DNA of 30,322 nt from an uncultured Hyphomicrobiales bacterium (GTDB lineage Bacteria; Pseudomonadota; Alphaproteobacteria; Rhizobiales; CAJQND01), in NCBI GenBank assembly GCA_905479595.1, contig CAJQND010000192.1, forward strand, positions 1 through 30,322. The letters run 5' to 3'. Below, piece by piece: positions 1 to 9,060 of this stretch (position 1 is the stretch's first letter; every line of letters begins with the position of its first letter). The translations under genes and the position numbers were made by a program. The notes under the pieces were generated by a model that was not told the DNA's origin, searched no databases, and worked only from the letters and a program-made list of their open reading frames with translations.

Positions 1-1
1 C

Positions 2-1375
2 GCCCTGGTCGCGTTGGTCCTGGCCCTGGATATTCGTTCGATTTGGCCGGTGCTGATGTTTGTCGGTTATGTATTGCATGCTGGATTTGGCAACAACCAC
101 CCACTTGCCAAGCAGGCAGGGCGCGTCTCCATGGGACTTGCGCTCGTGTTTCTGGCGCTGAGCTTGCTGTCGTCTACGTCAAATGTGCTCAAACAATCCG
201 ATACCGTAAATCAACTCCTCATTGCCCTTGCCAATGAGCCATTGATTGCCATTCTCATCGGCGCAGCGCTGACTTGGCTTGCCCATTCCAGCATTGTTAT
301 TCTTCTGCTCGTTGCGGGCCTTGCGACCGCGGGGGTTTTATCTCATGGAACACTCGCCTTCGCACTGGTGCTTGGCATCAATGCAGGGGCTGCCTTGCCA
401 GCGTTTGTGATGACGTTGGGCGATAAACCACCGGCCCGTCAAATTGCGCTAGGCAATCTCGCATTCCGCATAATTGCGGTGATTTTGGCTGCATTTACAA
501 TGCCCTTATGGGTTCCATATTTCTCCAATGGTTCTGTGTCAGGCAACCAGGTAATTTTTGCCCATATTGCGTTCAATCTCGTACTCGCCTTGGTGTTTAC
601 AGGCCTAACCGGGATCGCGGAACACTGGTTGGCGTCTATGGTGCCGGAAGGCCAGGAACTTCCAGACGAGGGGGCACCGCGTTATCTTGATGAAACGGCA
701 AAAGATGTGCCTGGTGTTGCTTTGACACTGGCGGCCCGCGAGACGTTGCGCATGGTGGATTTCATCGATGCGATGGTGAACCATTGTCTGCAAGCATTGC
801 GGAACAATGACACGGCAGAAACCAATGAAGCAAAAAAACTAGAAGAGAACGTCGACAGCCTTTACGAGCCGATAAAATTCTACGTCTCTGACATTGAAAG
901 CTCGGAAACAACGGCCACTGAGCGGCGGAGAGCAACCGAGATAATTACATTTACCACCCATCTGGAAAGCGCAGGCGATGTGATCGACCGCAACCTGATT
1001 GATACCATTCGTCAAAAGGTCAAAGCAGGCGAGCCTTTTTCCAAGGCCGGATCTAACGAACTCGCTGAAATTTTTGAGTTCATTAGCCAAACCATTCGCC
1101 TGGCAAGTTCGGTGTTCATGGAACCGTCAGAGGAGAATGCTCACGCACTAATCGCCCGGAAAGAGGAGTTGCGACAGTTGGAGTTGTCGAGCACCGAGCT
1201 CCATCTTGCCAGATTGAGGCACCGTAAACCGCAAGCCATGGCGACGTCTTCATACCACCTTGATATTATCCGGGATTTGAAGAGGGTAAACTCCCACTTC
1301 GTTTCCGTCGCCTATCCAATCCTTGAAACCAGCGGCGGCTTGCGCTCAAGCAGGCTAAAAAAGATCAGGCCGTAG
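2..1375 (+). CDS. Na+/Pi cotransporter family protein (NptA/YjbB type) with C-terminal PhoU-like domain; 5'-truncated by the window edge
   Basis: The frame is open from base 2. The N-terminal half is hydrophobic with the family motifs [14 protein letters not shown] and [13 protein letters not shown]. It is followed by PRYLD and a helical PhoU-like domain ([33 protein letters not shown]). Confidence 0.9.
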   Translation, partial: ALVALVLALDIRSIWPVLMFVGYVLHAGFGNNHPLAKQAGRVSMGLALVFLALSLLSSTSNVLKQSDTVNQLLIALANEPLIAILIGAALTWLAHSSIVILLLVAGLATAGVLSHGTLAFALVLGINAGAALPAFVMTLGDKPPARQIALGNLAFRIIAVILAAFTMPLWVPYFSNGSVSGNQVIFAHIAFNLVLALVFTGLTGIAEHWLASMVPEGQELPDEGAPRYLDETAKDVPGVALTLAARETLRMVDFIDAMVNHCLQALRNNDTAETNEAKKLEENVDSLYEPIKFYVSDIESSETTATERRRATEIITFTTHLESAGDVIDRNLIDTIRQKVKAGEPFSKAGSNELAEIFEFISQTIRLASSVFMEPSEENAHALIARKEELRQLELSSTELHLARLRHRKPQAMATSSYHLDIIRDLKRVNSHFVSVAYPILETSGGLRSSRLKKIRP

Positions 1376-2303
1376 AAGAGAATTTCTTCTTGGGGGCCGT
1401 GCCCAAATGGGTGGTGCCCCTGGCCTTAGCCAATTCCATCTGGCGCTGGCGGTTGGCAAAACGGGCACGTTTTTCTTCATCAATCGCGTCAATACATTTC
1501 GGACAACTGACACCTTTGACATAATCGGGCGAGGCTTTTTCTTCCACGCTCAGCGGCATGCGGCACGCATGGCACATGTCATATTCACCTGGTTCAAGCC
1601 CATGGCCGACCGACACCCGTTGATCAAAAACAAAGCACTGGCCGTCCCACAAGCTTTCATCTTCAGGCACGGTTTCGAGGTATTTTAAAATGCCACCTTC
1701 CAGGTGATAGACATCCTCAAAACCAAGATCGAGCATATAGGCCGTGGCTTTCTCACAGCGGATGCCACCTGTGCAGAACATTGCTACTTTGGGTTTATTT
1801 GCAAGAGCAGTGGAATTTTCCGCCCATTTGGGAAAGTCCCGGAACGATTTCGTCTTTGGGTCAAGCGCGCCACGGAAGGTTCCGATCGCATACTCGTAAT
1901 CATTGCGTGTATCCACAACAACTACATCAGGGTCGGAAATCAAATTATTCCAATCCTGCGGCTTGACGTATTCACCCACTTTTTGGGTTGGGTCTACCCC
2001 GTCAACTCCAAGTGTTACGATCTCTTTTTTCAGCCGAACTTTCATGCGGTGAAACGGCATTTCGTCTGCCCAGGATTCCTTGTGCTCAAGATCAGCAAAT
2101 CTGGCATCGGACCGCAAGTAAGCCAATACTGCCCGTATGCCCTCCTCTGGACCGGCAATGGTTCCATTTATTCCTTCAGCGGCAAGCAACAACGTGCCCA
2201 TAACACCATTGTCCTCACAGCACGCCTGCAATGCCGCTTTCAGACGCTGGAAATCCGGCAAAGAAACAAATTTATAAAGCGCAGCAACGAGCACTTGAGA
2301 CAT
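1365..2303 (-). CDS. trhO: O2-dependent tRNA uridine(34) hydroxylase TrhO (UPF0176 rhodanese-related)
   Basis: Motifs [39 protein letters not shown], the rhodanese loop [25 protein letters not shown] and a C-terminal Cys cluster (CHAC...CPKC). The ATG at 2303 (MSQVLV) is preferred over the ORF-track start at 2315. Confidence 0.93.
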   Translation of the reverse strand: MSQVLVAALYKFVSLPDFQRLKAALQACCEDNGVMGTLLLAAEGINGTIAGPEEGIRAVLAYLRSDARFADLEHKESWADEMPFHRMKVRLKKEIVTLGVDGVDPTQKVGEYVKPQDWNNLISDPDVVVVDTRNDYEYAIGTFRGALDPKTKSFRDFPKWAENSTALANKPKVAMFCTGGIRCEKATAYMLDLGFEDVYHLEGGILKYLETVPEDESLWDGQCFVFDQRVSVGHGLEPGEYDMCHACRMPLSVEEKASPDYVKGVSCPKCIDAIDEEKRARFANRQRQMELAKARGTTHLGTAPKKKFSSTA

Positions 2304-2387
2304 GATTGGTAACACCTTAAGTTCGTGCTATTCCCTAGCAGGCTCAGCACTGCCATGTCTATCAACACCGCTTGCAACAACGTCGCA

Positions 2388-2401
2388 TTGATTTAAATCC
2401 A
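2388..2401. promoter_or_regulatory. Possible FNR/FixK-type box
   Basis: TTGAT-TTAA-ATCCA versus consensus TTGAT-N4-ATCAA (1 mismatch), in the divergent trhO/methyltransferase spacer. The AT-rich context raises the chance of a random match. Confidence 0.35.
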
Positions 2402-2433
2402 TTTACCCATTTGCACTATATGAGAATGACAAT

Positions 2434-3990
2434 ATGAACCAAAATGCACAATATGACGGCTACATTTCTGACATAACCTACACAAGTGGTTATTACCGGA
2501 CCCAGGCACCTGCAAATCTTGCCCTTGCAATGCTCGCCAGGGGATTTATGCCGCCCGATTTGTCATCATTTCGATATCTGGAACTCGGGTTCGGTCAGGG
2601 ATTGGGCCTGAATATTCATGGCATTTCGAATGGCGGTGAATTTTGGGGTAGTGATTTCAATGCCCAGCATGCGGCAAACGCCCATGAACTTGCCTCAACA
2701 TCCGGCGCGAATGTCACTGCAACCTCCGATTCCTTTGAAGAGCTGCTGGAGCGCAAAGATTTACCCAAATTTGACTTCATTTCCATGCACGGCGTCTGGA
2801 GTTGGATTGCAGACAAGAACCGCCAGGAAATTGTTGAGATTCTGAAGCGCAAATTAAATCCGGGTGGCGTGTTGCAGGTTTCCTATAATTGCCAGCCAGG
2901 TTGGGCTGCGATGGTCCCATTGCAGAATTTATTGAAGCTACACAAAGAAATCGCCACAGATAAATCAGCCGATTCAAGAGATAGTTTGAAAGCGTCGATA
3001 AATTTTATTGAAGCCCTCAGCAACGCTGACGCAGCTTTCTTCAATGCATATCCTGACGCAAAGGAAAAATTGGAATGGTTGAAAACCCAGGATTTGACGT
3101 ATTTGGTGCACGAACTTTACAATGAAAACTGGCCCATTATTCCATTTTCGGACGTCGCAGATGATCTCGCAAAAGCGAAGTTAACTTATATTGCCCCGTC
3201 AAACTTACTTGATCACCTCGACGTGTTTAGTTTGACACCAAAGCACCAAGAGTTTCTGGGCAAAATCGGCAATACAGTTTTAAAGGAAACCTCGCGCGAC
3301 CTTTGCATGAACAGGCGGTTTCGCTCAGATGTTTTTGCCAAAGGAGCCCGCCAGCTCAATATTGAAGAACGCAATGATCGCTTGAGAAAATTCCGATTTA
3401 TGTTGCTTCAAGACCCAAGCAACTTTGACTGCAGCAAAATCCCAGCTGGTACCGGCACAATTTCATTGAAAAAGGAACTTGCCGACCCTGTCATCAATGC
3501 GATCGCAAAAGACGGCCTTTCCCCAAAATCAGTGGCAGAACTTGAAGCAGATAAGGACGTTGGTAAAATCCCAATTGGGCAACTTGCAGAAATTTTGATT
3601 GCTCTGACAGGCACTGACATAATCGCACCAGCGCAATCTGACAGCGATATTTCTGCGTCTATGGAACAATGTAATAAGCTCAACGCAGAACTGCTGCGTC
3701 GGGCCGAATTCGAACCACAATCAAATGTCCTGGCAAGTCCGGTTTTGGCCGCCGGGTTGTCATGCAGCAGGCTTCAGCAACTATTTCTCGGTGCCTACAA
3801 GGATGGAAAGAAAAGTCAGGCGGAATGGGTGGATCATTGCTGGAAAAAGCTACAAGCTCAGGGCCATCGCATCCTTCGCGATGGCAAGCCGATTGAAAGT
3901 GACAAAGAAAATCTGCGAATTTTAACCGAAGAGGCGAAGGCTTTTAAAAAGGGAAGATTGCCTGTTCTCGAAGCACACAAAATCATATGA
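2434..3990 (+). CDS. Class I SAM-dependent methyltransferase with methyltransferase regulatory domain (PF10119-like); substrate unknown
   Basis: N-terminal Y..GYY...AP, SAM motif YLELGFGQG, FDFISMHGVWSWI, LNPGGVLQVSYNCQPGW, and regulatory-domain signatures YLVHELYNENW and RRFRSDVFAKG. Confidence 0.85.
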   Translation: MNQNAQYDGYISDITYTSGYYRTQAPANLALAMLARGFMPPDLSSFRYLELGFGQGLGLNIHGISNGGEFWGSDFNAQHAANAHELASTSGANVTATSDSFEELLERKDLPKFDFISMHGVWSWIADKNRQEIVEILKRKLNPGGVLQVSYNCQPGWAAMVPLQNLLKLHKEIATDKSADSRDSLKASINFIEALSNADAAFFNAYPDAKEKLEWLKTQDLTYLVHELYNENWPIIPFSDVADDLAKAKLTYIAPSNLLDHLDVFSLTPKHQEFLGKIGNTVLKETSRDLCMNRRFRSDVFAKGARQLNIEERNDRLRKFRFMLLQDPSNFDCSKIPAGTGTISLKKELADPVINAIAKDGLSPKSVAELEADKDVGKIPIGQLAEILIALTGTDIIAPAQSDSDISASMEQCNKLNAELLRRAEFEPQSNVLASPVLAAGLSCSRLQQLFLGAYKDGKKSQAEWVDHCWKKLQAQGHRILRDGKPIESDKENLRILTEEAKAFKKGRLPVLEAHKII

Positions 3991-4003
3991 CTTCGGCCTG
4001 GGT

Positions 4004-4954
4004 TTATACCGGCTTGACTTCGTAACCGGGCTCTTCGGGCTCATCGTCAACAATCTCAGCCGGGAAACCGGTTGCCCGAATATCCAGACCGGTGGCATCT
4101 TCCAGCCGTTTTATAATGTTTGGCGACCATTCGCGCGGTCCGTAGCGTTTTTCACCATCTTTAAAAATTTCAATGAGCTTAGGGGAAATTTCGAGCGGCA
4201 CCCCGGCGCGATCAGCGATTGCTTGAAAGATACCAATATCCTTGGAAACAAGGTCCATGGTGAAATTGATATCACGGCTGCCGTTCAAGATAACCTGACT
4301 TTCGGTTTCATGAACGAAAGAATTGCCTGACGAAATCCGTATTGCTTCATAAGCCGTCGCAAGATCCATACCGGCGGCTTTGGAGGTGACTAAAGCTTCA
4401 CACAATGTGATCAAATTTGCTGTTGCCAAATAATTTGTAACAACCTTCAAAACTGACGCTGAACCTAGCGGACCGGTATGCAGCACACGACGGCCCATTG
4501 CAGTGAGAAGTGGAAGTATTGTCTCGAATGTGGCGCGTTCACACCCTGCGAAAATTGCAATGTTGCCTGTTGCCGCCCGATGGCAGCCACCAGAAACCGG
4601 GCAATCAACGGGTTCCGCCCCAACTGCTACCACGCGCGCACCGAGGCGCTTGACTTCAGCTTCGTCAGTGGTGCTCATCTCCGCCCAAATTTTGCCTTTT
4701 GACAGCCCTGCTAGGATGCCATCATCGGCTTCCATAACAGCTGCGCTTGCAGCTGGAGATGGCAGACAGGTGATAATAACATCTACAGCTTCGGCCATTT
4801 CTTTGGGGCTGTTTGCCCAATGTGCACCATTGTCTATCAAACTCTGTGCAGCAGAGCGATCAAGATCACGCACCCAGAGTTCAAAGCCATTGCGCAAAAC
4901 ACTGGCGGATAATTTGCCGCCGACATTTCCAAGCCCAACAAAACCAATTTTCAT
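4004..4954 (-). CDS. NAD(P)-dependent beta-hydroxyacid dehydrogenase (3-hydroxyisobutyrate/tartronate semialdehyde reductase family)
   Basis: Rossmann motif IGFVGLGNVG, ITCLPSP, EMST, DCPVSGG, catalytic KVVTNY, F...L..KD. The start is reassigned to the ATG at 4954 (MKIGFVG). Confidence 0.88.
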   Translation of the reverse strand: MKIGFVGLGNVGGKLSASVLRNGFELWVRDLDRSAAQSLIDNGAHWANSPKEMAEAVDVIITCLPSPAASAAVMEADDGILAGLSKGKIWAEMSTTDEAEVKRLGARVVAVGAEPVDCPVSGGCHRAATGNIAIFAGCERATFETILPLLTAMGRRVLHTGPLGSASVLKVVTNYLATANLITLCEALVTSKAAGMDLATAYEAIRISSGNSFVHETESQVILNGSRDINFTMDLVSKDIGIFQAIADRAGVPLEISPKLIEIFKDGEKRYGPREWSPNIIKRLEDATGLDIRATGFPAEIVDDEPEEPGYEVKPV

Positions 4955-5131
4955 CGCGAAAAACCTCAAAATTGAACCCTGATCAGGCACATTAACCAGT
5001 GGTGCCGCAACCAAATATTGAGCATACAGATTATCTCAGTCTGTGGCCTTGGATCAGTTCGATGCGGCAGTGTGCGTATGGAAAACGTCTATTCCAATCA
5101 AGAATATGTATTTCGTTTGCCACCAAAAATT

Positions 5132-6340
5132 CTACCTAACAGGGTCCGGGCCCATTTCGAGATGCAGTTCAGTGCCGGTCCATGGATGTGCATCGGCAAC
5201 CTCTTCATCAAGCTCCACACCAAGTCCCGGTGTGACGGGCGGGATAACATATCCGTTCTCCCAGCGCATCGGGGTCTTCACTATCTTGGAATAAAAACCA
5301 CCCCATTGTTCGATGCTCTCCAGGATTAGAAAATTTGGAGAACAGGTGCTGATCTGAACATTGGCTGCGCCTTCAATCGGCCCGCAATAAAGGTGCGGAG
5401 CAATATGCGCATAATAGGTCTCAGCCATGCCAGCGATTTTCTTGGCTTCCAGCAGGCCGCCAACCCGCCCCAACGCCATTTGCAGAATTGAAGCTGCTTG
5501 ATGCTCCAAAACCCTGGCAAATTCGTATTTGGTACACAAACGCTCACCCGTTGCGATGGGAATGGAAGTTTGTTGTGCCACCCGCGCCATTTCTTTTGGG
5601 TTTTCCGGCGGTGTGGGTTCTTCAAACCACATGGGATCATAGGGTTCAAGGCGCTTTGCCAAGCGTATGGCCCCCGCAGTGGAAAATTGCCCATGGGTGC
5701 CAAATAACATATCCGCTTTTGTTCCTACAGCCTCGCGTATTCGCTTAACAAATCGCTCAGATCGATCCAGTTCCTCTAATGTTGGCATTCCGCCATCATA
5801 AACCGTGTAAGCACCAGCTGGATCAAACTTCACTGCGGTGAAGCCTTGCTCGACATAATTCAATGCACGCTCGGCCGCCGTGTCGGGATTAACATAAACG
5901 TGGCTAGCATCCGGCTTGTCGGGGTATACGTTTTCACCGTCGGGATAGAGATACGTGTAAGAGCGCAAACGTTCATGCACTTTGCCGCCAAGAAGCTCAT
6001 AAACCGGTTTATTGGTCTCCTTGCCAATGATATCCCAGCAGGCCATTTCGATGCCGCTTAGAATGCCCATCAAGGAAATATCCGGTCGAAGAGAAAATCC
6101 ACGCCCGTAAACCCGACGCCATAATTTTTCAATGTGAAAAGGATTTGCGCCAACAACCTCACGTTCGCACACATCTGCAATCATATGTTCCATGGTGTGC
6201 GGGTTGAACGTGGCACCGTAAACCTCGCCATATCCAACAATGCCACTATCGGTGACAAGCTTGACGAATATAAAGTAGCGTCCGCCAAAATGCGGGGGCG
6301 GGTTGCCAACCACCCAGGTTTTGAAATCGGTGATTTTCAT
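5132..6340 (-). CDS. Mandelate racemase/muconate lactonizing enzyme family protein (MR subgroup) with non-canonical active site
   Basis: FVKLVTDSGIVGYGE, GIEMACWDIIGK...PVYELLGG, AVKFDP, WFEEP, IATGER, APH, PGLGVELDE. Confidence 0.9.
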   Translation of the reverse strand: MKITDFKTWVVGNPPPHFGGRYFIFVKLVTDSGIVGYGEVYGATFNPHTMEHMIADVCEREVVGANPFHIEKLWRRVYGRGFSLRPDISLMGILSGIEMACWDIIGKETNKPVYELLGGKVHERLRSYTYLYPDGENVYPDKPDASHVYVNPDTAAERALNYVEQGFTAVKFDPAGAYTVYDGGMPTLEELDRSERFVKRIREAVGTKADMLFGTHGQFSTAGAIRLAKRLEPYDPMWFEEPTPPENPKEMARVAQQTSIPIATGERLCTKYEFARVLEHQAASILQMALGRVGGLLEAKKIAGMAETYYAHIAPHLYCGPIEGAANVQISTCSPNFLILESIEQWGGFYSKIVKTPMRWENGYVIPPVTPGLGVELDEEVADAHPWTGTELHLEMGPDPVR

Positions 6341-6367
6341 ATCCGCATTCTTTCCTTGCCTGACGGC

Positions 6368-7447
6368 TTAAAAGACTATGACGTTGCGTAACGCCTCGCC
6401 GCGCCGCACAGATGCGGCCGCTTCGTTGATCTGTTCCAGAGGGTAACGGCCAGTGATCAATTCATCCAGTTTTAACCGACCCTGTTGATAGAGGCCGACA
6501 AGGCGGGGAATATCGATGCGCACCCTCGCAGAACCCATTTTAGAGCCCAGAATTTTTTGGCATGAATCGGCCAGCCCGCCAGGATCATATTCCGCCATTA
6601 CGCCATTTTCTGGCATGCCTACGATAACCGCACTACCGCCTTTTGAGAGAAACGATAACGATTGCTCCATAGCGACCTTTGCACCGACGGTGACAAACAC
6701 AAAATCCGCACCCAGGCCGTCTGTCAGATCGCGAATTTTAGCAGCTGCGTCACTATCGGCAGCGTTAATGGTGTGGGTTGCGCCAAAGTCCAGCGCGGCT
6801 GTTAGCTTATCGGGCGCCAGGTCCATGCCGATAACCGTTTTCGCTCCGCACAGAGCGGCACCTTGCACCGCATTTAATCCAACGCCGCCACAACCAATAA
6901 TTACCACATTGGCACCAGCAGGCACCTGTGCCGTGTTCCATACAGCGCCAAGCCCGGTGATCACTCCGCAAGCCAACAAGGACGCAGCGTCGAGTGGTAC
7001 GTCCTTCGGAATTGCCACCGATTGCGATGCTTCCACCGTAACATATTCAGCAAACGCTCCAGTCCGCAGGCCATGGGTGATTGGTGCGCCATGAGCATCT
7101 TTTAGCGGACTTTTTTCATCTAACGGGAATGTGGAATTACACATTACCTGGTGGCCTTGGGCGCAGTAGTGGCACTCCCCACAAGATCTGATGAGCGTTA
7201 CAACCACATGATCGCCAGGCTTAACGTGGTGCACTCCAGCACCAACTGATTGCACCACACCCGAGGCTTCATGGCCGTAAATAGCTGGTAGAACGCCACC
7301 CCAACCGCCATCCATGAAGATAATATCTGAGTGACATATTGCGCAGGCTGCGATTTTTACCTGCACTTCGCCATCATTTGGTGCGGCAAGGTCTATTTCT
7401 TCAATCCGCAACGGCGCACGGAATTCACGGCAAATGGCTGCTTTCAA
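6368..7447 (-). CDS. Zn-dependent alcohol dehydrogenase (MDR superfamily, class III-like)
   Basis: Catalytic Zn ligands in CHSD, GHE and LACGV; structural Zn CGECHYC...C; NAD-binding GCGGVG with Asp (GMDL). The likely start is TTG at 7447 (KAAICREF) after a GGGGGA SD; the ORF-track extension to 7624 overlaps the divergent gene. Confidence 0.9.
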   Translation of the reverse strand: MKAAICREFRAPLRIEEIDLAAPNDGEVQVKIAACAICHSDIIFMDGGWGGVLPAIYGHEASGVVQSVGAGVHHVKPGDHVVVTLIRSCGECHYCAQGHQVMCNSTFPLDEKSPLKDAHGAPITHGLRTGAFAEYVTVEASQSVAIPKDVPLDAASLLACGVITGLGAVWNTAQVPAGANVVIIGCGGVGLNAVQGAALCGAKTVIGMDLAPDKLTAALDFGATHTINAADSDAAAKIRDLTDGLGADFVFVTVGAKVAMEQSLSFLSKGGSAVIVGMPENGVMAEYDPGGLADSCQKILGSKMGSARVRIDIPRLVGLYQQGRLKLDELITGRYPLEQINEAAASVRRGEALRNVIVF

Positions 7448-7616
7448 GGTCTTTCCCCCAAAGATTACCACTAGCAGTAGCGATGAAAGCACAGTGTTGT
7501 AAACGTCAGAAATTTTCACCACTGTTTCCACCACGTAAAAGTCATTGTTCCGCTCTATTGCTCTTAAGATTCTGTCTGATATTCTCACCTGCCCATCTGT
7601 AGAAAGGACACCATCC

Positions 7617-8063
7617 ATGCACATACTCTCGAAATTCGCTGCCGTAACCGCACTTACTGTAATGAGTACAACATCTTTTGCTGCCGACGATCCGATTGCT
7701 GCGCGTCAAAACATCATGAAAAATGTTGGCGCCGCCATGAAAGCCGCAGGCGCGATGGCAACGGGTAAAGCTGAGTATGATGCACTGGCTGCTGAACTTG
7801 CCGTGCGAACCATCAATTCTTCAGCTATCGGATTTCCGATGTTTTTTCCCAAGGGCTCTGAAACGGGCGGCGATACCGAAGCTGCACCAGCGATCTGGAG
7901 CGACATGGAAGGATTTTCTAAGAGTTCGGCCCAGTTGGCGACAGATTCAGCAACCGCAACCGAAGCTGCAAAAGGCGGAATGGATACGTTTAAAGGTGCG
8001 TTTTTCGCCATGGCAAAAAACTGCAAAGCTTGTCACGAAAAATTTCGCATTAAGAAAAACTGA
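7617..8063 (+). CDS. Periplasmic class II cytochrome c (cytochrome c'/c556 type)
   Basis: Signal peptide ending SFA/AD, RQNIMK near the mature N-terminus, AIWSD..GF, C-terminal CKACHEKFR, and SD AAAGGA before the ATG at 7617. Confidence 0.92.
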   Translation: MHILSKFAAVTALTVMSTTSFAADDPIAARQNIMKNVGAAMKAAGAMATGKAEYDALAAELAVRTINSSAIGFPMFFPKGSETGGDTEAAPAIWSDMEGFSKSSAQLATDSATATEAAKGGMDTFKGAFFAMAKNCKACHEKFRIKKN

Positions 8064-8995
8064 TGCGAGGGTTTCTGAAGGTATTTCTGCTGTTGGCCAT
8101 GGCCGGCGCGGCCGTCTTTTGGTATCTCACCGAACCTAAGGTTCTGGATGCACAAAGCTTGCCGACCACACCCGGAGACGTAGAGAAAGGCAAGTATATT
8201 TTCTATGCGTCGGGCTGTGCATCTTGCCATGCAGCGCCAGATGCAAAGGGAGAAGAAAAACTCGCCCTGGCTGGTGGTCATGCCTTCAAAACCCCGTTCG
8301 GCACATTCTACGCGCCAAATATATCTCCCGATGAAGAAGATGGCATTGGTGGCTGGAGCGATGTTGATTTCGTAAATGCTGTGATGCGCGGTGTTAGTCC
8401 CGATGGCCAGCACTACTATCCCGCGTTCCCTTACATGTCCTATCAACGCATGAACGTCCAAGAAGTCATTGATCTAAAGGCGTATATGGACACGCTTCCT
8501 GCGGTAAAATCCCAAGTGCCCGATCATGACCTTCCATTGCCATTCAGATTTCGTCGCGGACTGGGTGCCTGGAAGTTTCTATTCATGGACAATAAACCAT
8601 TCAAGGCTGTTCAAGGCGCAAGCGATGCAGTTAACCGTGGCGCATATCTGGTAACCGGACCCGGCCATTGTGGCGAATGTCATACACCGCGCAATCTGCT
8701 GGGCGGGCCGGAAACCGACTGGCAGCTCGCAGGCGGTCCTGCACCAGAGGGTAAGGGCGTCATTTCCAACATTACCCCGCATCGCGATGGTATAGGGGAT
8801 TGGTCGGAAGCAGATATCGCGTCATCGCTGGAGACCGGGTTCACCCCCTCCTACGATACGTTTGGCGGTTCCATGGTTGCGGTTCAGGAAAACATGGCCC
8901 ATTTGAGCGCTGAGGACCGCGCTGCAATTGCTGCCTATTTGAAATCGGTCGAACCGCGGCCAAGCCGCTGGAAAGAGCGCAAGCCAGAAAAATAG
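8063..8995 (+). CDS. Membrane-anchored diheme cytochrome c (related to the cytochrome subunits of ADH/gluconate/fructose dehydrogenases)
   Basis: N-terminal TM helix, two heme motifs (CASCH, CGECH), TPFGTFYAPNISPD, YYPAFPY, NITP...GIGDWS, GGSM. Its start overlaps the upstream stop (TGATG). Confidence 0.88.
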   Translation: MRGFLKVFLLLAMAGAAVFWYLTEPKVLDAQSLPTTPGDVEKGKYIFYASGCASCHAAPDAKGEEKLALAGGHAFKTPFGTFYAPNISPDEEDGIGGWSDVDFVNAVMRGVSPDGQHYYPAFPYMSYQRMNVQEVIDLKAYMDTLPAVKSQVPDHDLPLPFRFRRGLGAWKFLFMDNKPFKAVQGASDAVNRGAYLVTGPGHCGECHTPRNLLGGPETDWQLAGGPAPEGKGVISNITPHRDGIGDWSEADIASSLETGFTPSYDTFGGSMVAVQENMAHLSAEDRAAIAAYLKSVEPRPSRWKERKPEK

Positions 8996-9060
8996 TGCTA
9001 TAAGCACACCGTAAATTCTGAGCATCGGCAATATCCATTTGCGGTGCTTGGCTGGGAGAA

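Noticed and set aside
1704-2312. 202-aa plus-strand ORF
   Set aside because: It lies wholly antisense to trhO, which has clear family motifs; it has no motifs of its own and is a shadow ORF.
2434-3990. Methyltransferase as a horizontally acquired island or a restriction-modification/defence gene
   Set aside because: There are no DNA-methyltransferase motifs (DPPY, NPPY, PCQ), no nuclease partner and no mobility genes. The GC dip is inconsistent across sampled lines.
4503-4982. 159-aa plus-strand ORF (and similar ORFs at 6516-7094, 22155-22661, 27340-27888, 28505-28975, 20971-21414)
   Set aside because: These are antisense shadows of well-supported genes, Ser/Ala/Pro-rich as expected from reverse-frame codon bias, with no recognisable domains.
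4955-5131. 177-bp gap inside the catabolic operon as a possible riboswitch or small RNA
   Set aside because: It has only short 5-bp stems (GGCAC/GTGCC, ACAGA/TCTGT) and no riboswitch consensus I recognise; an internal promoter is more likely. An Rfam search would settle it.
7448-7624. N-terminal extensions of the ADH and cytochrome ORFs that would make them overlap head-to-head
   Set aside because: Homology and SD sequences point to starts at 7447 (TTG) and 7617 (ATG). The ORF-track extensions are artefacts, as are those at 2315, 5014, 12214, 22724, 23781, 27149 and 27218.
8995-9007. Small inverted repeat GTGCT-ATA-AGCAC after the diheme cytochrome
   Set aside because: A 5-bp stem with no U-tract is too weak to call a terminator or operator.
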